A DNA stretch of 64,000 bases from Myxococcota bacterium (GTDB taxonomy: Bacteria; Myxococcota_A; Bradymonadia; UBA7976; UBA1532). A model generated the notes under the pieces. It ran no database searches and was not told the origin of the DNA. It saw only the letters and a list, made by a program, of their open reading frames with translations. The number at the start of each line of letters is the position of its first letter. Positions within the stretch are counted from its first letter, which is position 1. The translations under genes were made by a program, and so were the position numbers. The DNA is taken from NCBI GenBank assembly GCA_036337435.1, contig JAYZEG010000058.1, positions 224,001-288,000 on the forward strand, given 5' to 3'. This document shows, one piece after another, positions 61,103-64,000 of this stretch.

Positions 61103-62055
61103 AAGCACTGGTTGCCAAAATGGGCGCCGAGGTCCTTAAGATCATAGAGATTTTGGCTGGCTCAAAACCAAGATTGACACGCTGGCGAACGAGGTGCCTG
61201 GTTTGGGCTGGTCGCCACCTTGACGCCATCATCTATGCGTCGCCAAGGCTGGCTCAACATCCGGACGATGCTCGCCTGCATTACAGTGTAGGTCAGGCTG
61301 CTATCAACTTGATGAAACGAGACTATGCGCGAGCGAGAATGGCCTATGCGACAGCCCTCGATCCGGGCAATGTCAGATATCGATTTGCTCTCGCTTACTG
61401 TGCGCAAATTTTGAATCAGCATGAGACTGCGGAGCGAGAATACCTGCATGTACTCGGACAAACACCGCAAGATTTAAATGCCCGTTTAAATCTTGCTCTA
61501 TTGCGAAAAACCATTGGGAAACACGAGCAAGCATTGACTGGTTTCGTCGAGGTTCTTGATGTTCGACCAAAGGAGATTAAAGCACTCATTGGTGCCGCGA
61601 TTTGCAATTACGAACTGAATTTTATGAACGATGCTAGAGCATTCGCAACGCGGTGCGTAAATGTCGACAATAAGTACGTTCGTGCGCATGTACTTTTGGG
61701 TCGAATTGCGTTGTCGCAAAATGACACCGAAACCGCTCGTTCTCATTTTGAATCAGCGCAGAAGCTAGAACCTGAAGATGGTTATGTGCTCGCGTCCTTG
61801 GGTCGTATCTACATGACCGACAACCCTCCCCAAGCACGCCATCTACTCAGGGAAGCACTGATTGTGTCGAAACCAGACCGGAGCGCACACTTTGACCTCG
61901 GTCAATATTATGAAATCGTCCGGGATCTGGAGCGTGCCATAGCCGAATATGAACTATTTTCCAGATTTCATACGGGTAATCGGGCAAAGTGGGCGCGAAA
62001 ACGTGTAATTCGACTGCGTGAAAAGATGATGGTTGAGATAAACAAACGTGAGTGA
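61099..62055 (+). CDS. Tetratricopeptide repeat protein
   Basis: Multiple TPR-like units (ALDPGN, ARLNLALL, AHVLLGRI, AHFDLGQYY). Confidence 0.85.
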   Translation: MKALVAKMGAEVLKIIEILAGSKPRLTRWRTRCLVWAGRHLDAIIYASPRLAQHPDDARLHYSVGQAAINLMKRDYARARMAYATALDPGNVRYRFALAYCAQILNQHETAEREYLHVLGQTPQDLNARLNLALLRKTIGKHEQALTGFVEVLDVRPKEIKALIGAAICNYELNFMNDARAFATRCVNVDNKYVRAHVLLGRIALSQNDTETARSHFESAQKLEPEDGYVLASLGRIYMTDNPPQARHLLREALIVSKPDRSAHFDLGQYYEIVRDLERAIAEYELFSRFHTGNRAKWARKRVIRLREKMMVEINKRE

Positions 62056-62866
62056 TTTTCGTCATCCAGGTTATCAGCAGATTCAATTGAAGAAGGGGGA
62101 TGAAGCAACCACTGATTACCTCGCTGTAGAGGAACCAATGGAAATGCGGGTTGATGGCCAACCCGTTGCGGTTGTCTTGCGAACCCCAGAAACCAATTTA
62201 GAAAAAGATCTGGACCTGGCTGTAGGTTTCCTGTTCACAGAGGGCGTCATCGACGACCTCGATGACATTGCATCTCTCGGACATTGCACAGACGGAAACA
62301 ATCCAAATCGGCAAAACCTGGTTTTTATGAATTTAGCCTCTGGTAATTTCAGGGCGAAAACGCGGTTGCAAAATGCGGTTCGAGTTCAATATGTGAGTTC
62401 GAGCTGTGGCGTCTGCGGAAAAGCATCCATCGATAAGGTGTTCCAGATGACCGAGCCGCTGCCCAATCTTATGACATTGGATGATGTGTTCATTAGCTCT
62501 GTGCCGGCAAAACTTCGATCGAGACAAACCAACTTTGAAATGACGGGTGGCGTGCACGGTGCTGCTATTTTCACTCCTGATGGTCAAATCAAAGCATTCG
62601 CGGAAGATGTTGGTCGTCACAATGCTGTCGATAAAGTGATTGGCCGATGCCTGAGAATCCAAGAGTTTCCCCTCGACGGTCACGTGCTTGTGGTCAGCAG
62701 TCGGGCAGGGTTTGAAATTGTACAGAAAGCGATCATGGCTCGAATTGGCGCTGTTGTATCAGTTGGTGCCGCGAGTAGCATGGCTCACGACTTGGCGAAT
62801 CGAAGCCGGTTGGCTCTTTATTCTTTTGTCCGCAGCGGTCGGTTTAATGACCATTCATCTCTTTAG
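62048..62866 (+). CDS. fdhD: Formate dehydrogenase accessory sulfurtransferase
   Basis: AVEEP, RTP, GFLFTEG, SSCGVCG, TGGVHGA, EDVGRHNAVDK, SSRAGFEIVQK. Confidence 0.93.
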   Translation: MSDFRHPGYQQIQLKKGDEATTDYLAVEEPMEMRVDGQPVAVVLRTPETNLEKDLDLAVGFLFTEGVIDDLDDIASLGHCTDGNNPNRQNLVFMNLASGNFRAKTRLQNAVRVQYVSSSCGVCGKASIDKVFQMTEPLPNLMTLDDVFISSVPAKLRSRQTNFEMTGGVHGAAIFTPDGQIKAFAEDVGRHNAVDKVIGRCLRIQEFPLDGHVLVVSSRAGFEIVQKAIMARIGAVVSVGAASSMAHDLANRSRLALYSFVRSGRFNDHSSL

Positions 62867-62880
62867 TATTGCTGCGGAGC

Positions 62881-63705
62881 CTACCGAGACAGGGCACGAC
62901 TCAATCGGGCAATTTCGTCGAGGGAGAATGTCTCTCCCCTGCGTCGCCCATCAAGCCCTGTTTCTAAAAAGAGTTCGCCTACATCGCTGCAGATTGACTT
63001 CAACGATTTGCGAACCATTTTTCGACGTTGGCCGAACAGAGCACGAACAACCGATTTGAATACTTTTGGGTCGCCGACATCGACGGTCGGCTCGGCCAAA
63101 CTCTCCATGACGACCACGCTGGATTGAACTTTCGGGGCCGGGTGAAAGGCTTGGGCCGGTACATCAAAAGCGTGTGATGTGACCGCCCACAGCGCGCATT
63201 GTGCTGTCATTGCGCTGCTGGCTCGGGTTCCCACCGTCGCCGTGAGCCTTTGAGCAAATTCCGTTTGTAGCATGAAGCATGCTCTCCGCCACTTCGTTGG
63301 GTTTTCAATGAGCCCCATGATGATCTTTGAGCTGAGATGGTACGGTAGGTTTCCGTAAATGACAGGTGACTGTCCAAACTCGTCCTTTATGGATGACCAG
63401 TTCACATCAAGGACGTTGCCCTCCCTGATTTCTACATGCTCTGCCCAGCCTAATTCAGCTCGAGCGACAGGCACTAAATCTCGGTCATATTCCAGCGCGA
63501 TCAAACGGTCTGCATGAGGGGCCAATGCGCGAGTGAGCGTTCCACATCCTGCGCCGATCTCGAAAACCACATCGTTTGCCAATAGACCGCCTGCCTGCAC
63601 GATGCGCTCAGGCACCTCTGGCGATATCAGAAAGTTTTGTCCAAACTTCTTTTTGGTCCATAGCCCGTGCGCACGAAGAACGGCACGAGGATCGTGGAAG
63701 CTCAT
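62881..63705 (-). CDS. rsmA: 16S rRNA m6,2A1518/1519 dimethyltransferase
   Basis: KKFGQNFL, EIGAGCG, GNLPY, FHPAPKVQS, QRRK; ATG overlaps the tsaD stop. Confidence 0.95.
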   Translation of the reverse strand: MSFHDPRAVLRAHGLWTKKKFGQNFLISPEVPERIVQAGGLLANDVVFEIGAGCGTLTRALAPHADRLIALEYDRDLVPVARAELGWAEHVEIREGNVLDVNWSSIKDEFGQSPVIYGNLPYHLSSKIIMGLIENPTKWRRACFMLQTEFAQRLTATVGTRASSAMTAQCALWAVTSHAFDVPAQAFHPAPKVQSSVVVMESLAEPTVDVGDPKVFKSVVRALFGQRRKMVRKSLKSICSDVGELFLETGLDGRRRGETFSLDEIARLSRALSR

Positions 63706-64000
63706 CGGTCGAGTCGCCACGCACCGATGGCATTTAATCGCCTGTCATCAGCGTGGTGCCCCTGGCCAATTCGACGGTCCGCGAGATGGTTTGCAGCGCC
63801 CGCAATCATAGCTGCATTATCAGTACACCAGCGCGGAGGCGGTGCATGCATGGTGATGTCATAGTCGGAGAGTGCCGCCGACAGAGCCAGCCTTAGTGCT
63901 CCGTTGCAGGCGACTCCTCCCGATAAAACGACGTCAGAGACTTGGGCAGAACGAGCCATCCTAACCGTCCGATGCACAAGTTGTTTAATAGCGGCAGCTT
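63702..64000 (-). CDS. tsaD: tRNA threonylcarbamoyltransferase TsaD, C-terminal part only
   Basis: SGGVACNGALR and CTDNAAMIA; frame open to window end. Confidence 0.9.
   Translation of the reverse strand, partial: AAAIKQLVHRTVRMARSAQVSDVVLSGGVACNGALRLALSAALSDYDITMHAPPPRWCTDNAAMIAGAANHLADRRIGQGHHADDRRLNAIGAWRLDR

Noticed and set aside
1..64000. CRISPR arrays, tRNA/rRNA genes, prophage, IS elements
   Set aside because: No regularly spaced repeats, cloverleafs, integrases, transposases or phage genes seen by eye; intergenic gaps are short. tRNAscan-SE and cmscan would be needed to exclude small RNAs formally

Overview
A gene-dense, roughly 50% GC bacterial chromosome segment, most likely from a Myxococcota/deltaproteobacterial lineage (a MYXO-CTERM-like sorting signal is present). 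It is mostly housekeeping: ahcY (partial), murA, recF, dnaN, pyrD, dacB, hisS, argJ, secA, xdhC/mocA, transaldolase, ugd, lysC, cysE, mutY, tkt, fused pabAB, nhaC-like, apbE, an S1 protein, prkA-yeaH-spoVR, a PP2C phosphatase, fdhD, rsmA and tsaD (partial). I saw no rRNA, tRNA, CRISPR array, integrase or transposase. The most notable items are: (1) a probable oriC upstream of dnaN with DnaA-box/DnaA-trio/AT-rich architecture but no adjacent dnaA or gyrB; (2) a SIR2-fold+TPR protein with all NAD-binding/catalytic motifs substituted, abutting dacB; (3) a ~147-nt highly paired candidate ncRNA with its own promoter between xdhC and the transaldolase gene; (4) a mutY / orphan eboE / WD40 / SF1 helicase / SRAP neighbourhood with a GAAC-N4-GTTC (LexA-type) box in its divergent promoter; (5) a Cys-to-Asp MurA, degenerate glycosyltransferase domains, an orphan FliL-like gene and several apparently leaderless genes. 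All protein calls come from motif recognition by eye, not database searches.
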